Shown: positions 1-9,970, numbered from the stretch's first letter. The stretch: 64,000 bases of DNA from an uncultured bacterium (GCA_963826535.1 CAWGXL010000011.1:384809-448808), one strand, 5' to 3'. Numbers and translations: made by a program. The notes: a model not told the origin generated them from the letters alone.

Positions 1-1941
1 AGGAAATTTATTTTAGATCAAATTAATTTAGACCGTATAAAGCAGCTTGGGGCACATTATAGTGGATTGAATGATCCGGAAAAGAGGAAAAGAGCGGAGA
101 AACTGATTGATGCCAGCAAAAAGGAAGTTGGTGATATGTCAATAAAAGATCTCAAAGTTGCATTTGATAGTTCGAAAAAACTTGAGGAATTGTTATTGAA
201 TATTGCGAATGTGGCTTTGGGTAAGCGGATTGTCAGTGAGAAGGACAAGAGGGATTATAAGTTGGGAGACAAGGCGGTTACTACAGATGAGATAAAAAGG
301 GAAGTAAAAATACTAATGCGGAAGAATTTGAAGAAAGATTTTTTTGATCCACTGGCGGAGCTTGAGGTGGGGGGGGAGAAGATTGGAGATATGAAAGTTT
401 TGTTAGATAGAGAGAACGGTCAGGTAGTGACGAAGGAAGAATGGGATCAAATTGGTACAAATAAAAGCACGACGATAGGGGCAATAATGAATGAATTTGC
501 GAATTTTGGCAGTGACGTGGATTTAATAAAAAGCTATGAGGATGCTTGTAAGCAAGGGGACAATGCAACTATTGATAAGTATAAACAGATGTTCGAGCGG
601 AATGAGAGACTTGCGTTTGCCTTGCTGACAAAAGTGGCTAATATGTCCAGGAAAAGTTTAAACTTTTTTAACGCAACAACTCCTCCTAAGGCGTCTATAG
701 ATATTATGAGAGAGTCGCTTACGAAGAGCATTGGCGAAACTCATGGTTTGAATTTAGTTGAGGCAGATCTCGCCTGGATGTTTGCCTGGTATGGATCATC
801 TCCTTTAAGGATTAAGGCATGGAATAATACTTCAGGGGTCAGTAACGTCGATCAGGGCACACGTTTTGTGCGAACTTTGGAGTCATTGAATTCTGCACAA
901 GGACTGGGGACAATAGGGGGGATTTTTATGGGCGAGATTAATGCCACGGCGCCAGGGTCGGCACTGGTAACGATTGACGTTAAGCGTCCCGGTGAGAAGA
1001 ATGCCAAGCTGAATTTGGCCGGGATTATGCAGGGGAATGAGCCGGGGCAAAGCGCAAGAAAGATAGCTCATTTGTGGGATAGGAAATTGTCTAATGACAA
1101 TAATTCCTATTTGGTAGATTGGGATGATGAGCGAATTGGACTACTCAATAATTTACAAAATGGTAATAAGCTTTTTGATGAACTGCTTAAAAATCAGGAG
1201 ATGCATCTTCAGGCATGTGCTAAGTGGGATGAGAATGGGGTGCTGAGGATTGACCACACGAAAGCGGTAGAGATTTTTGACAATTGGTGGAATACGCTGC
1301 GGCAGATTTATGATCTGAATGGCATAGATTTTGATAAAGAGATCCGGATTGACGGGCGGGAAGTAACGATATTTGAGCACATGTTTGGCAAGAAGATTAA
1401 GGAGTCGAGGGATCTATTACATATATACTATGAGCAAAAGGCAGCTGAGCTTGAAAAGGATGCTGAAGGATTATTAGTAAGTAAGAAAAATTCAGAGAGG
1501 CTCAAAAAAGATGCTGAAGCATACAGGATGTATGCAGAGAGGATCAAGAAGGAGCCGGCGATCGCGGTCATGGCGTATATGGCAGCGACGGAAATACATG
1601 ATCATAGAAAAAAATTTAAAGGCACACATGAGGAGTGGCCAATGGATGAGATAGATAAAATTTGGGGGACTTTGGATCAATTTTTGCGCAGGTCAGGGAA
1701 GATTGATCGGCATGGTAATGAACTTGAAATTGAGGAAATGCCGTCTATGCTTCCATTTGGGGCATTAAATAAAGTATTGGGTGTGCATAAGGGCTGGTTT
1801 TTAAAGGACTCGACGGAGAAGTACGAGTTTTTTGATCTTTTATTCGCTTTTTGTGAAGGATTGGTAAACGGAGTTAAGGGAGGCCTGGAAGAGTTTTCAG
1901 ATGAAATTGTACAGCTTGAGAAAGTCGTTATAGGCCATTGA
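1..1941 (+). CDS. hypothetical protein, 5'-partial (reading frame open to window start)
   Basis: 624-aa ORF from 67; the same frame has no stop back to nt 1, so the gene probably begins upstream. I recognise no motif. Confidence 0.45.
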   Translation, partial: RKFILDQINLDRIKQLGAHYSGLNDPEKRKRAEKLIDASKKEVGDMSIKDLKVAFDSSKKLEELLLNIANVALGKRIVSEKDKRDYKLGDKAVTTDEIKREVKILMRKNLKKDFFDPLAELEVGGEKIGDMKVLLDRENGQVVTKEEWDQIGTNKSTTIGAIMNEFANFGSDVDLIKSYEDACKQGDNATIDKYKQMFERNERLAFALLTKVANMSRKSLNFFNATTPPKASIDIMRESLTKSIGETHGLNLVEADLAWMFAWYGSSPLRIKAWNNTSGVSNVDQGTRFVRTLESLNSAQGLGTIGGIFMGEINATAPGSALVTIDVKRPGEKNAKLNLAGIMQGNEPGQSARKIAHLWDRKLSNDNNSYLVDWDDERIGLLNNLQNGNKLFDELLKNQEMHLQACAKWDENGVLRIDHTKAVEIFDNWWNTLRQIYDLNGIDFDKEIRIDGREVTIFEHMFGKKIKESRDLLHIYYEQKAAELEKDAEGLLVSKKNSERLKKDAEAYRMYAERIKKEPAIAVMAYMAATEIHDHRKKFKGTHEEWPMDEIDKIWGTLDQFLRRSGKIDRHGNELEIEEMPSMLPFGALNKVLGVHKGWFLKDSTEKYEFFDLLFAFCEGLVNGVKGGLEEFSDEIVQLEKVVIGH

Positions 1942-1972
1942 CGACTAGAATATTTTTTGATTTATAATTGAG

Positions 1973-3937
1973 CTATCCGTGGCCGCCCGCTGTGCCTCCT
2001 CCGGGTGGCGTTCCTCCTCCAGAATGTCCTCCTGCATCCTGTCTATTCAGGCCGCCAAGGGCAGTGACTGCTTTACGGCGAATCTGTCTAAATCTGTTAC
2101 GAACGCCGGGTTTGACATCACCATTATCAAATGTTTCGGGCTTTTTACCCATAAGCTTGTTCCAGCCGGGGCCGGATTGTCGGGTATAGGGATTTTTCCA
2201 GAAAGCTGTATTCCACGCCCGCTGGCCTAGGCCTTTGGCAGGAGCGGATCCGCCAGCTACACTATTGGCAATAGTGGCGGCTGCCATCTTGCCTTGTTGA
2301 CCTGAAGCGTGAACACTTTCTTTTATAATTTCGAGTAAGCCGGGGGTGGCCAAAAGCAAGCCAAATGCAAGGAGGGTGCCGAAGTACTGCATGTTGGGAT
2401 TACCAACGAGGGGTGGCACGAAATTGTTGACTGCCGCGTTATTGTTGAACGCGTTCATTAGTATAGCGGCAGTGGTAAGCAGTAAGGCTGTGGCAGGGAA
2501 TATTGCAAGGTTGGCAAATATCCTTCTGAACCATTTTCCAAAGCCAAGATATGGTTTTCCCTCGCGGTCTCTGGCGGGAAGGAGGCCCATGATGATCCAA
2601 AGCGGTCCACTGATGGCGTAGAGGATTATCATGACATAAGCTTTGAGGAGCACAAACCAGATGCGGAAAAGCATGAAAAGGATGATGCAGGCGACTATGA
2701 GTACGGCGATTATTGTGGTAAGGAAGCTTAATGTAGTACTTATAACATATGAAACGCAACTATTGTCCTTACCGGGCGGATCTTGTTCTCCGCTCCAATA
2801 TGCCGGGGTAAACCATTTGATTATTGGAACATCTTTAAAGTAGGTGCCCCAATTGCATTCTATCTCCCCTGTATTTCCGGTAACAGCTTTTACCAATGTA
2901 TTTCCTACTATTCCTCCCATAGCGATAGATACGTTCCAGCTTGTTCCCCAAACGCCATCATCACATTCGATGCCACCTGTACCACCTGTGACGGGTATGG
3001 GGACATCGACTTCCTGCTCGAGGAGGGAATCTCCGTAAGAGAAGGGCGTATTTACTAAGCCCTGGCTAGCGCGTTTTTGGAGGGTTTCGTTAGTGCAGCC
3101 GAGGGGGTTGGTGATGACGGGGTTAGCTTGAGTGATGAGGTTGATACCCGTATAAGTTGAAAGCCACATGATATCAATCATAAGTCCTACAATGGCATAG
3201 GAGAAGGTGATCAGTAGAATGCTGATAATTACGCGGGGGATTTGATTCTGGATTGTCATGACAGTGCGGGGATCAATTTTTACGCGCAGCATAATGGCCA
3301 GGCCGATAATAACAAAGATGATCACAAAGATAAGGTAGGAAAGATTGCGTACAGCAATCCAGATATTCTGAATGGGCTGCAAGGCTTCGAAGCCGTTGAC
3401 TTGGGCGTGAGCCGGCTCGACGACGCCAAAATTATTGGAAAGATAACGCACATAATCCAGAGAAGATGCCGGTGGTGTATATATTTGGGCAAACATTCCG
3501 GGCGCGATCCCAAGCAGTCCGCCGAGTTGAGGTTGTCCATCGGCGGGAGGCGATAAGCCTAATTTATGTGTTTGGGGGTCTATGCCCAAGCAGCCTTGGG
3601 CGGGGGTGATAGGATCTATGCCGGTTACCAGGCAGAACGTGGCGGAGATGACTTCAATCATAACTGACTGCGCGAAGGTGTGTTGATTACGGGGGACATC
3701 GGGATTGAGTTCAGGCCTATTATATTGGGGGTTATTGGTATTTTGAGCCACTTCAATTGCAGCTAGTGCATTTGAGGATATTGCGTTGGGAGCAATGGCG
3801 AGCAAGAAAATTGAGAGAAAGACGGAAGCAAAACCGAAAATAAATGAATTTCTCCGCGGGGTCGGATCATACGATCCGATTAAAACAGGAAAATGCATAG
3901 TATATTTACTATAGATAATTTTTTTGGGCAAAGTCAA
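1973..3937 (-). CDS. large polytopic membrane protein with N-terminal signal peptide and Gly/Pro-rich C-terminal tail (TrbL/VirB6-like architecture, tentative)
   Basis: 654 aa. Hydrophobic signal-like N-terminus, at least 6 predicted TM helices, C-terminal GGHSGGGTPPGGGTAGGHG tail. The family guess rests on architecture only. Confidence 0.45.
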   Translation of the reverse strand: MTLPKKIIYSKYTMHFPVLIGSYDPTPRRNSFIFGFASVFLSIFLLAIAPNAISSNALAAIEVAQNTNNPQYNRPELNPDVPRNQHTFAQSVMIEVISATFCLVTGIDPITPAQGCLGIDPQTHKLGLSPPADGQPQLGGLLGIAPGMFAQIYTPPASSLDYVRYLSNNFGVVEPAHAQVNGFEALQPIQNIWIAVRNLSYLIFVIIFVIIGLAIMLRVKIDPRTVMTIQNQIPRVIISILLITFSYAIVGLMIDIMWLSTYTGINLITQANPVITNPLGCTNETLQKRASQGLVNTPFSYGDSLLEQEVDVPIPVTGGTGGIECDDGVWGTSWNVSIAMGGIVGNTLVKAVTGNTGEIECNWGTYFKDVPIIKWFTPAYWSGEQDPPGKDNSCVSYVISTTLSFLTTIIAVLIVACIILFMLFRIWFVLLKAYVMIILYAISGPLWIIMGLLPARDREGKPYLGFGKWFRRIFANLAIFPATALLLTTAAILMNAFNNNAAVNNFVPPLVGNPNMQYFGTLLAFGLLLATPGLLEIIKESVHASGQQGKMAAATIANSVAGGSAPAKGLGQRAWNTAFWKNPYTRQSGPGWNKLMGKKPETFDNGDVKPGVRNRFRQIRRKAVTALGGLNRQDAGGHSGGGTPPGGGTAGGHG

Positions 3938-3998
3938 GTGTGCCCGCCTTCGCTGGCGCTACGGCGAGGTGAAAGCGGAAGGGGGGAGATTCGTCCAG

Positions 3999-4283
3999 TC
4001 ATTCGACTGGACGCAGGGTCGAATGACCCTGCGAACCCATTAATACATCTCGATATTGTTGTCTAAATAGGCGTTTTCCTTCCGTTGTTTTAATAAATCT
4101 TTCTCTTCTTAAAGCATCAGACTTTAGCAAATATGCCTCATATGCAATTAGTTTCACTGGTCTAAAATTTTTAGTTGATTGAACTTTGCCGTTTTGATGA
4201 TTTTTAATTCTTAAGCGGAGATCTGATGTACATCCTTTATAAACATCTCTATTAGCAAGGAGAAGGAAGTAAACATATTGCAT
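3999..4283 (-). CDS. GIY-YIG domain nuclease (UPF0213-like)
   Basis: YVYFLL...VYKGCTSDLRLRIKNHQ...KLIAYEAY matches the GIY-YIG core. Start trimmed to the Met at 4283 because the longer ORF overlaps the tRNA-Ser gene. Confidence 0.6.
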   Translation of the reverse strand: MQYVYFLLLANRDVYKGCTSDLRLRIKNHQNGKVQSTKNFRPVKLIAYEAYLLKSDALRRERFIKTTEGKRLFRQQYRDVLMGSQGHSTLRPVE

Positions 4284-4285
4284 AG

Positions 4286-4369
4286 CGGAGGAGGTGGGAT
4301 TTGAACCCACGTGAGCTTTCGCTCGCGCGCTTTCCAAGCGCGTGGAATGAACCGCTATCCGACTCCTCC
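4286..4369 (-). tRNA. tRNA-Ser (anticodon GGA), type II with long variable arm
   Basis: Minus strand folds as GGAGGAG acceptor, anticodon loop TTGGAAA, long variable arm, T-arm GTGGG-TTCAAAT-CCCAC, 3' CTCCTCC-G. Confidence 0.8.
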
Positions 4370-4379
4370 AATTAAATAT

Positions 4380-4832
4380 CTAAATAAGTTTTTTTGCTTC
4401 AGCCCAAACTTGCTTGTCTGCTTTATATGTTAAGCGCTTTTCTACTTCATTGATGGCTAACCATTCCACGTTTTCCATTTCGGTGTCGTGCTGGGTAATA
4501 TCCCCTGCGACGTATTTCATAAGGAAATAATATACTGTTTTTTTGATTTTTTCTTTCTTCCAAACATACCAGTAGGAAACGGGTGGCAGGGTTTTGATAA
4601 TTTTTCCGTGTGCTCCTGTTTCTTCTTTTACTTCCCGTATCGCTGTTGCCTCTTTGCTTTCATTTTCGATCTGATCGCCGATAATTCCTTTGGGAAATAC
4701 CCAGCCATGATGCTGGGAATGCTGGCAGAGAAGTACCCAGATTTTATTGTCTTCTTTCTTATAGAGCACACCGCCGGCTGAGAATTCGAATTTCATAAGG
4801 TAATTGAGATTATTCTGTAAGGTTGGTATCAA
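4380..4832 (-). CDS. NUDIX hydrolase
   Basis: Nudix box GX5EX7REVKEETG is present (ESKEATAIREVKEETGAHG). Confidence 0.75.
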   Translation of the reverse strand: MIPTLQNNLNYLMKFEFSAGGVLYKKEDNKIWVLLCQHSQHHGWVFPKGIIGDQIENESKEATAIREVKEETGAHGKIIKTLPPVSYWYVWKKEKIKKTVYYFLMKYVAGDITQHDTEMENVEWLAINEVEKRLTYKADKQVWAEAKKLI

Positions 4833-4917
4833 GCTACCAGAGATAATATTTTCTATACTTACGAAGCTATTATAACGAATTTGCTTGACTTTTGCAGCAA
4901 TTTCGAGGAAGATAAAT

Positions 4918-6138
4918 ATGAAAAAAGAAGGAATTATTATGGGAGGAGAATCGGGAGATATGAATAGTGGACCAGGGCAACCAGAGAATAATCAACCACC
5001 GGATAAGTCGCAGGTAAAGGAGGTTGTATCAGGAAGTGAGGGGACAGCTGGCTCAGAGAAGGCTCAATCGAAGAGTGATCAGCAAGGGAAAAATAATCCA
5101 GCTAGAGCACGGCCTCCGGAGACTGGCAAGAAAGCGGTGGAAGATGGTGAATTAGGAAGTAAGGAGGCGGGGGGTTCAAAGGAGGCTCCATGGGAGAGAG
5201 TTATTCGGGAGCGTCATTCCCGTAGAACACTCCCTACGGAGACTGATAAGGGTGAAGCCGGAGCTAAAATGGATCCTGCAGAAAAAATGTTAATAAAATT
5301 CGAGAATATATTGGGGGAGACTGAGTTGGGGAAAAATATTAGATTTGCGAACGAACTGCTATTTCATCCGGATTCTTTTCATCCTGATGATCTGGAGGCT
5401 TTATTAGGGTTTGAGACAGAAGTTACGGGTGAGGACGGAAAACCTATAAAAATGAATATGGTCGATATTGGCCACGGATTAATTGATGAATTTAGAAATG
5501 GAAAATTATTTGGCAGGAGAAGTTTTCAACTATTAAAGGCAGCGGGAAAATTGCGGAAACAGGTTAATGCTTCAGGGAAGAAAGGATCAGACATGGACGT
5601 TTTGACAGGAGAGAAAGCAGACGATAGGAGCGAGAAGGTGGCGCAAAATGCGCTTGACGCATTGGAGCGAGGGGAAGAAATAGATAAAGTTGTAGAAGCA
5701 ATAGACGCAGATCAACTTAGAGAGGAAATGGGATTAAGTGAACAACAAGTAAAGGATCTAGCTTCGCAGGTCTTCGGTGATACGATGCCAGCACCGGGAG
5801 CTGGCGATAGAGGCGGTCAGGATGTTTTACCTACACAAGGCTCAACAGATACCAGTACCACTTCAACTGGCGGTGGAGCAGAAGGAGGGGGAACGGTACC
5901 GCCAGTTGCTCCGCTTAGTAGAGGAGAGGGAGTGCCTAGAATTTCACCAGAAGAACTGGATAGATTAAAGAAGAGTAGTTCGGATTGGTTAGATAAAGTG
6001 GATTTTGGTGCGTGGGGTTATAACGCCGGTATGTTAGCGCTTATACTTATGCTTATGTATTTAGGAGCTATGGGTAGCATGGCAAGATTTCTGGAAAGAA
6101 ACTCAGAGAGAACGAGAGCCCAGGTTCAGAATGTTTAA
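4918..6138 (+). CDS. hypothetical low-complexity (E/K/G-rich) protein with C-terminal transmembrane anchor
   Basis: Start moved to the ATG at 4918, which has an upstream GAGGAAG Shine-Dalgarno. The C-terminus LALILMLMYLGAMG is a single hydrophobic segment. Confidence 0.45.
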   Translation: MKKEGIIMGGESGDMNSGPGQPENNQPPDKSQVKEVVSGSEGTAGSEKAQSKSDQQGKNNPARARPPETGKKAVEDGELGSKEAGGSKEAPWERVIRERHSRRTLPTETDKGEAGAKMDPAEKMLIKFENILGETELGKNIRFANELLFHPDSFHPDDLEALLGFETEVTGEDGKPIKMNMVDIGHGLIDEFRNGKLFGRRSFQLLKAAGKLRKQVNASGKKGSDMDVLTGEKADDRSEKVAQNALDALERGEEIDKVVEAIDADQLREEMGLSEQQVKDLASQVFGDTMPAPGAGDRGGQDVLPTQGSTDTSTTSTGGGAEGGGTVPPVAPLSRGEGVPRISPEELDRLKKSSSDWLDKVDFGAWGYNAGMLALILMLMYLGAMGSMARFLERNSERTRAQVQNV

Positions 6139-6144
6139 TTTTTG

Positions 6145-6218
6145 TGCTCTTGAGGGGGGTCGAACCCCTACTCGCCAGATCCGGAATCTGGTGCTTTATC
6201 CAATTAAGCTACAAGAGC
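6145..6218 (-). tRNA. tRNA-Arg (anticodon CCG)
   Basis: Minus strand: GCTCTTG acceptor, anticodon stem CCAGA with loop TTCCGGA, T-arm GGGGTTCGACCCC, 3' CAAGAGC-A. Confidence 0.8.
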
Positions 6219-6304
6219 AAGAGGTAAGGTGCGATCTATTGTAGCAAAAAAAATAAGTTTTTTCTTCCTTGACGCGATTAGTATAAATCGGTTAAATTAG
6301 AAGT

Positions 6305-6877
6305 ATGCTCGAAGAATTACAACAAAAAGAAATAAAAATAGAAGAAAAAGTAAAGGAATCTCCAGATACATATCCCGATGTCAATACATTGATCTCATGG
6401 CATGCTCCTGGCAGGCCGTTTAAAACGCACTCAAAAGAATATTTCGTAAATATTTTTCTTATTACAGTTGCTATTGAGGTAATTGTATTTCTATTTCACA
6501 TGTATTTGCTTATGCTTGTTATTTTATCCCTAGCATTTCTTGCTTTTGCTTTGGCAATTGTGCCTCCACATATGTTTTATTACAAAATTACCAGCGAAGG
6601 AATTAGAATTGAAGACAGTTTTTTTATTTGGGATGAGCTTTATGATTTCTACTTTACCAAACAAAACGGTATTGAGTTAGTAAAAATAGGTACAAAGTCT
6701 TATTTCCCTGGTGAACTTACGCTTATGCTGGGTGATATTACGCCTCAACAACTAAAAATGGCTCTAATATCTTATCTTCCATTTCGTGAGTATGTCAAGC
6801 CTACCTTTACTCAGAAAGCCGGGGACTGGCTGGAAAAGAATTTCCCCCTCGAAAAAACTTCACACGAACTTCATTGA
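6305..6877 (+). CDS. hypothetical membrane protein (2 TM)
   Basis: 190-aa ORF with two hydrophobic helices. A TTGACG / TATAAA promoter-like pair lies at about 6269-6292. Confidence 0.5.
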   Translation: MLEELQQKEIKIEEKVKESPDTYPDVNTLISWHAPGRPFKTHSKEYFVNIFLITVAIEVIVFLFHMYLLMLVILSLAFLAFALAIVPPHMFYYKITSEGIRIEDSFFIWDELYDFYFTKQNGIELVKIGTKSYFPGELTLMLGDITPQQLKMALISYLPFREYVKPTFTQKAGDWLEKNFPLEKTSHELH

Positions 6878-6937
6878 CCCTATTTGTGTATCGGGTGGCA
6901 ATCGAGTAAAATACTTCTTATAATAAATGGCTAATTT

Positions 6938-7011
6938 GTGCCCGTAGCTCAGGTGGATAGAGCACGACGTTGCGGACGTCGGGGTCGAAGGTTCGAATCC
7001 TTTCGGGCACA
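6938..7011 (+). tRNA. tRNA-Arg, anticodon reads GCG (unusual; expected ACG)
   Basis: GTGCCCG-TA-GCTCAGGTGGATAGAGC-A-CGACG-TTGCGGA-CGTCG-GGGTC-GAAGG-TTCGAAT-CCTTT-CGGGCAC-A; a TATAAT box sits about 15 nt upstream. Confidence 0.7.
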
Positions 7012-7122
7012 CATTCTTAGCTTTCTGCTTTCAGCTGTCAGCTATTAGATTTCAGTTGCCGGAGAAAACAATTTTATATGTTGATGTCAAAAAGCAGATA
7101 GCCAATAGCTGAAGGCTAGATT

Positions 7123-7207
7123 GGAGGGTTCGCATAGTGGTTAATTGCTCGAGTTTCGAAAACTCGTGGGAGAAATCCCTACACAGGTTCGAATCCTGTA
7201 CCCTCCG
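7123..7207 (+). tRNA. tRNA-Ser (anticodon CGA), type II
   Basis: GGAGGGT acceptor, anticodon stem CGAGT with loop TTCGAAA, long variable arm, T-arm ACAGG-TTCGAAT-CCTGT, 3' ACCCTCC-G. Confidence 0.8.
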
Positions 7208-7289
7208 CAGCTTCAAATCGGGTAAAATGCGAATCAGCCAATTCTAATAGAAATTAGGCAGGAAGTAGAAATTTTGCTAAAATTAATGC

Positions 7290-7630
7290 ATGAATTATTT
7301 AGGAGATGTACTCAATAAATTACCCGGTATTGTGCTTATAATTATTGCAGCTTCTTGTGTAATTACCGGTGATTATTTTGCTAAGTCGTGGTCAGTAACA
7401 CATCGGCAAATTTTTTACGTACTCGCACTTGTGGCATATTTGGGATAAGGTCTATTTTATACTCCAGTGTTACTAAAACAAGGATTAATAACCAGTTCAC
7501 TTATATGGAGTATTTTATCAATTGCGGGATTTGTCTTTATTGGTTTTATTATATTTCATGAAACGCTTACTAAATTACAGATAGGAGGTATGATCTTAGG
7601 AATTATATCGGTAATAATATTGAGTATATA
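7290..7630 (+). pseudogene. small 4-TM SMR/EamA (ArnE/ArnF-like) transporter gene interrupted by an in-frame TAA at 7446-7448
   Basis: MNYLGDVLNKLPGIVLIIIAASCVITGDYFAKSWSVTHRQIFYVLALVAYLG, then TAA, then GLFYTPVLLKQGLITSSLIWSILSIAGFVFIGFIIFHETLTKLQIGGMILGIISVIILSI continues in the same frame. Neither half reaches 60 aa, so the ORF track does not list it. Confidence 0.5.
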
Positions 7631-7717
7631 ATAATGATTTTTTATTTATTCATCACATATTTTTTTCGAGGAACGATAAATGTGTAAAATGGTGTAAATG
7701 AATTGTATTGTGTTGGT

Positions 7718-8458
7718 TTAGAGTTTAAAAAATGTGCCGACGATGTAGGCGATTAAGGCTGCTGTTCCTCCGATGACTATAATTTCAAAAACAGATCTGA
7801 TGGCGCTTTCTTTGGTGGTGCTGTAGCGAAGTATGCCGAGAAGGATGAGGGCTATGACTGCGGCGGCAATCGAATATAGAAAGGTGTAGGGGGCGTCTTG
7901 TGCGATTATATACGGAATAAGTGGAATAAATCCGAAAGCTACAAATGAAAGACAAGTTGCAAGACCTGTGGCAAATGGATTTTCTTTTGTAGGATTAGGC
8001 AGCTCAAGTTCGTCATTCATCATAAACTGCAGCCAGTATTTTTCATTGGTCATATAGATTTCGGCGAGTTCTTTAGCTTGTTTTGGGGTAAAACCTTTCA
8101 TCGTCATAATTTCGATAGTTTCCTCTTTTTCCATTTCCGGGTGATTGCGGATTTCATGGAGTTCTTTGTCTTGTTGCGCATTATAGACGTCTTTTTCCGA
8201 ACGGAGGGAAAGGTAGTTGCTAAGTCCCATGGAAGCACCATCAGCAAGGAGATTCGCAAGGCCGAACAGGAGGACTGTCAAATATGAAAGAGATGCGACA
8301 TTGTTGGATTGCGCGCCTGTGAAGCCGGCGACAACTGCAAATGTCGTGACAATACCGTCAGTGCCGCCGTAGACAATTTCTTTGAGATAGGTTTGAACCG
8401 GTGAGATTTTGTGTTCCTTGTTAAGATGCTCTTTGAGGTCGATTGCTGTTTCTGGCAT
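7718..8458 (-). CDS. VIT1/CCC1 family iron/manganese transporter
   Basis: GGTDGIVTTFAVVAG motif and C-terminal TM helices typical of the VIT family. Confidence 0.7.
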   Translation of the reverse strand: MPETAIDLKEHLNKEHKISPVQTYLKEIVYGGTDGIVTTFAVVAGFTGAQSNNVASLSYLTVLLFGLANLLADGASMGLSNYLSLRSEKDVYNAQQDKELHEIRNHPEMEKEETIEIMTMKGFTPKQAKELAEIYMTNEKYWLQFMMNDELELPNPTKENPFATGLATCLSFVAFGFIPLIPYIIAQDAPYTFLYSIAAAVIALILLGILRYSTTKESAIRSVFEIIVIGGTAALIAYIVGTFFKL

Positions 8459-8600
8459 ATGGTTATTGTAGCATTATTGTTTTATTTATATCTATAATTG
8501 GGGTACGTAAGTTGAAAATAAAGTTGAGGATTATTGACTTGGCGGGAAATTGTTATTTTCCTTCGCACATTCGATCTGCTGATCTCAGTACTTCCTCGCT

Positions 8601-9554
8601 CTACGCTCGGTCGTATGCCCTTTTGAGCGTGGCGATATCAAATTTTTTCATTTTGAGAAACGCCTCAGTCACCCGCCCAATTTTTTCTTTGTCTTTGCTT
8701 TTCATCATTTCGTCCATAACGCTCGGAACTATTTGCCACGACAGGCCGTATTTGTCTTTGAGCCAACCGCATTGTTCTGCTTCCGGAACCGCAGAGAGCT
8801 TTTCCCAGTAATAGTCAATTTCTTTTTGTGTATCGCAGCGTACTATAAATGAGATAGACTCGTTGAAATTGAAATTATGCTCATGCGCGCTATCCATGGC
8901 TCCGAATTCCTGCCCATCGAGGGAGAACGCCGCATACTTAACTGTTCCTTCTTTGTCAGGCTCCTCGCCTTTGCCGTAGCGGGCAAGAATGTTTGCTTTT
9001 GCACTATGTCCTCCAGAGGCGGATCCGTCTTTGGCGGAGAATACAGATGCGTAAAAGTTAACAGCTTCTTCAGCTTTGCCGCACACTTTGTCGACAAACA
9101 TGCAAACGGGGACAATTCTAGGTTTAATTTGAGCCTTGTCGACATATATAATCTGCCATGATAGTCCATATTTGTCTTTTGTCCATCCATATCTTTTACT
9201 GAAGGGATAGCTTCCAAGTTCCATAAGCACTTTTCCGCCATCCGATAATTTTTTCCATATAGCGTCAACTTCTTCTATTGTATTGCATTTGACATGAAAA
9301 GAAATGGAGGGGTTGAATTTGAAAAGCGGGCCGGCGCTGATTGCCATAAATTCGTACCCGAGGAGATCAAATGTGACAATATCCACCGAGCCTGAAGGAG
9401 TGTTTTCAAGCGTTGTCAGGTTTTTTATTTTTGAATCTCCAGCTCCCCCCGAGGAGGATCCGCCTATGGCGGAAATGGTGGAAACGTAAAACTCGGCTGC
9501 CTCCTTCGCTTCTTTGTCATACCATAAATGGGGTGTAATTTTTTGTTTATCCAT
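8601..9554 (-). CDS. tandem-domain VOC/PhnB-like (3-demethylubiquinone-9 3-methyltransferase-like fold) protein
   Basis: Two repeated halves, each with PhnB-like signatures ([15 protein letters not shown]...; [18 protein letters not shown]). Confidence 0.55.
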   Translation of the reverse strand: MDKQKITPHLWYDKEAKEAAEFYVSTISAIGGSSSGGAGDSKIKNLTTLENTPSGSVDIVTFDLLGYEFMAISAGPLFKFNPSISFHVKCNTIEEVDAIWKKLSDGGKVLMELGSYPFSKRYGWTKDKYGLSWQIIYVDKAQIKPRIVPVCMFVDKVCGKAEEAVNFYASVFSAKDGSASGGHSAKANILARYGKGEEPDKEGTVKYAAFSLDGQEFGAMDSAHEHNFNFNESISFIVRCDTQKEIDYYWEKLSAVPEAEQCGWLKDKYGLSWQIVPSVMDEMMKSKDKEKIGRVTEAFLKMKKFDIATLKRAYDRA

Positions 9555-9571
9555 AAGAGCTTCTGAAGTTG

Positions 9572-9970
9572 TTAAGCGTCAACGATTACCTTGAAGCCGC
9601 CGTAGGCCGTGCGCTTCATATCAAAAGGCATAGTAACATCTTTGAATTTTTCTGCCTGCTTATCCATTTCTGCATTCACTTTTTTATTTACTTCGTCTCG
9701 GTGCGCACGTGATTTGTAGGTGATGTATGAGAACCATACGGTTTCGTTTTTTTTAGCTTTTGTCATTTTCGAAAAGGTCAGTGCCGGCATTTTTTCCATG
9801 TTCGGATTAAGATCGTCGCCCATGCATTCTTTGTAATCAAGCGCACCATATTTTATCCACATTTTCCCCGCATCCTGAGCCATTTTTCGATATGCAGCCA
9901 CGTTCTTTTTGGGAACTACCAAAACAAATCCATCTACATATGTTGTTTTGTCTTTTGCCATATATTTCAA
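9572..9970 (-). CDS. DUF1428 (YbaA-like) family protein
   Basis: 132 aa; [21 protein letters not shown]...[12 protein letters not shown] resembles DUF1428. Confidence 0.5.
   Translation of the reverse strand: MKYMAKDKTTYVDGFVLVVPKKNVAAYRKMAQDAGKMWIKYGALDYKECMGDDLNPNMEKMPALTFSKMTKAKKNETVWFSYITYKSRAHRDEVNKKVNAEMDKQAEKFKDVTMPFDMKRTAYGGFKVIVDA

Noticed and set aside
2346-3556. Several 60-110 aa plus-strand ORFs (2346-2621, 2643-2843, 2783-3058, 3242-3556 etc.).
   Set aside because: All lie antisense within the 654-aa membrane protein gene and have no independent support.
3999-4337. 112-aa version of the GIY-YIG ORF.
   Set aside because: The N-terminal 18 codons overlap tRNA-Ser (4286-4369) on the same strand; trimmed to the internal Met at 4283.
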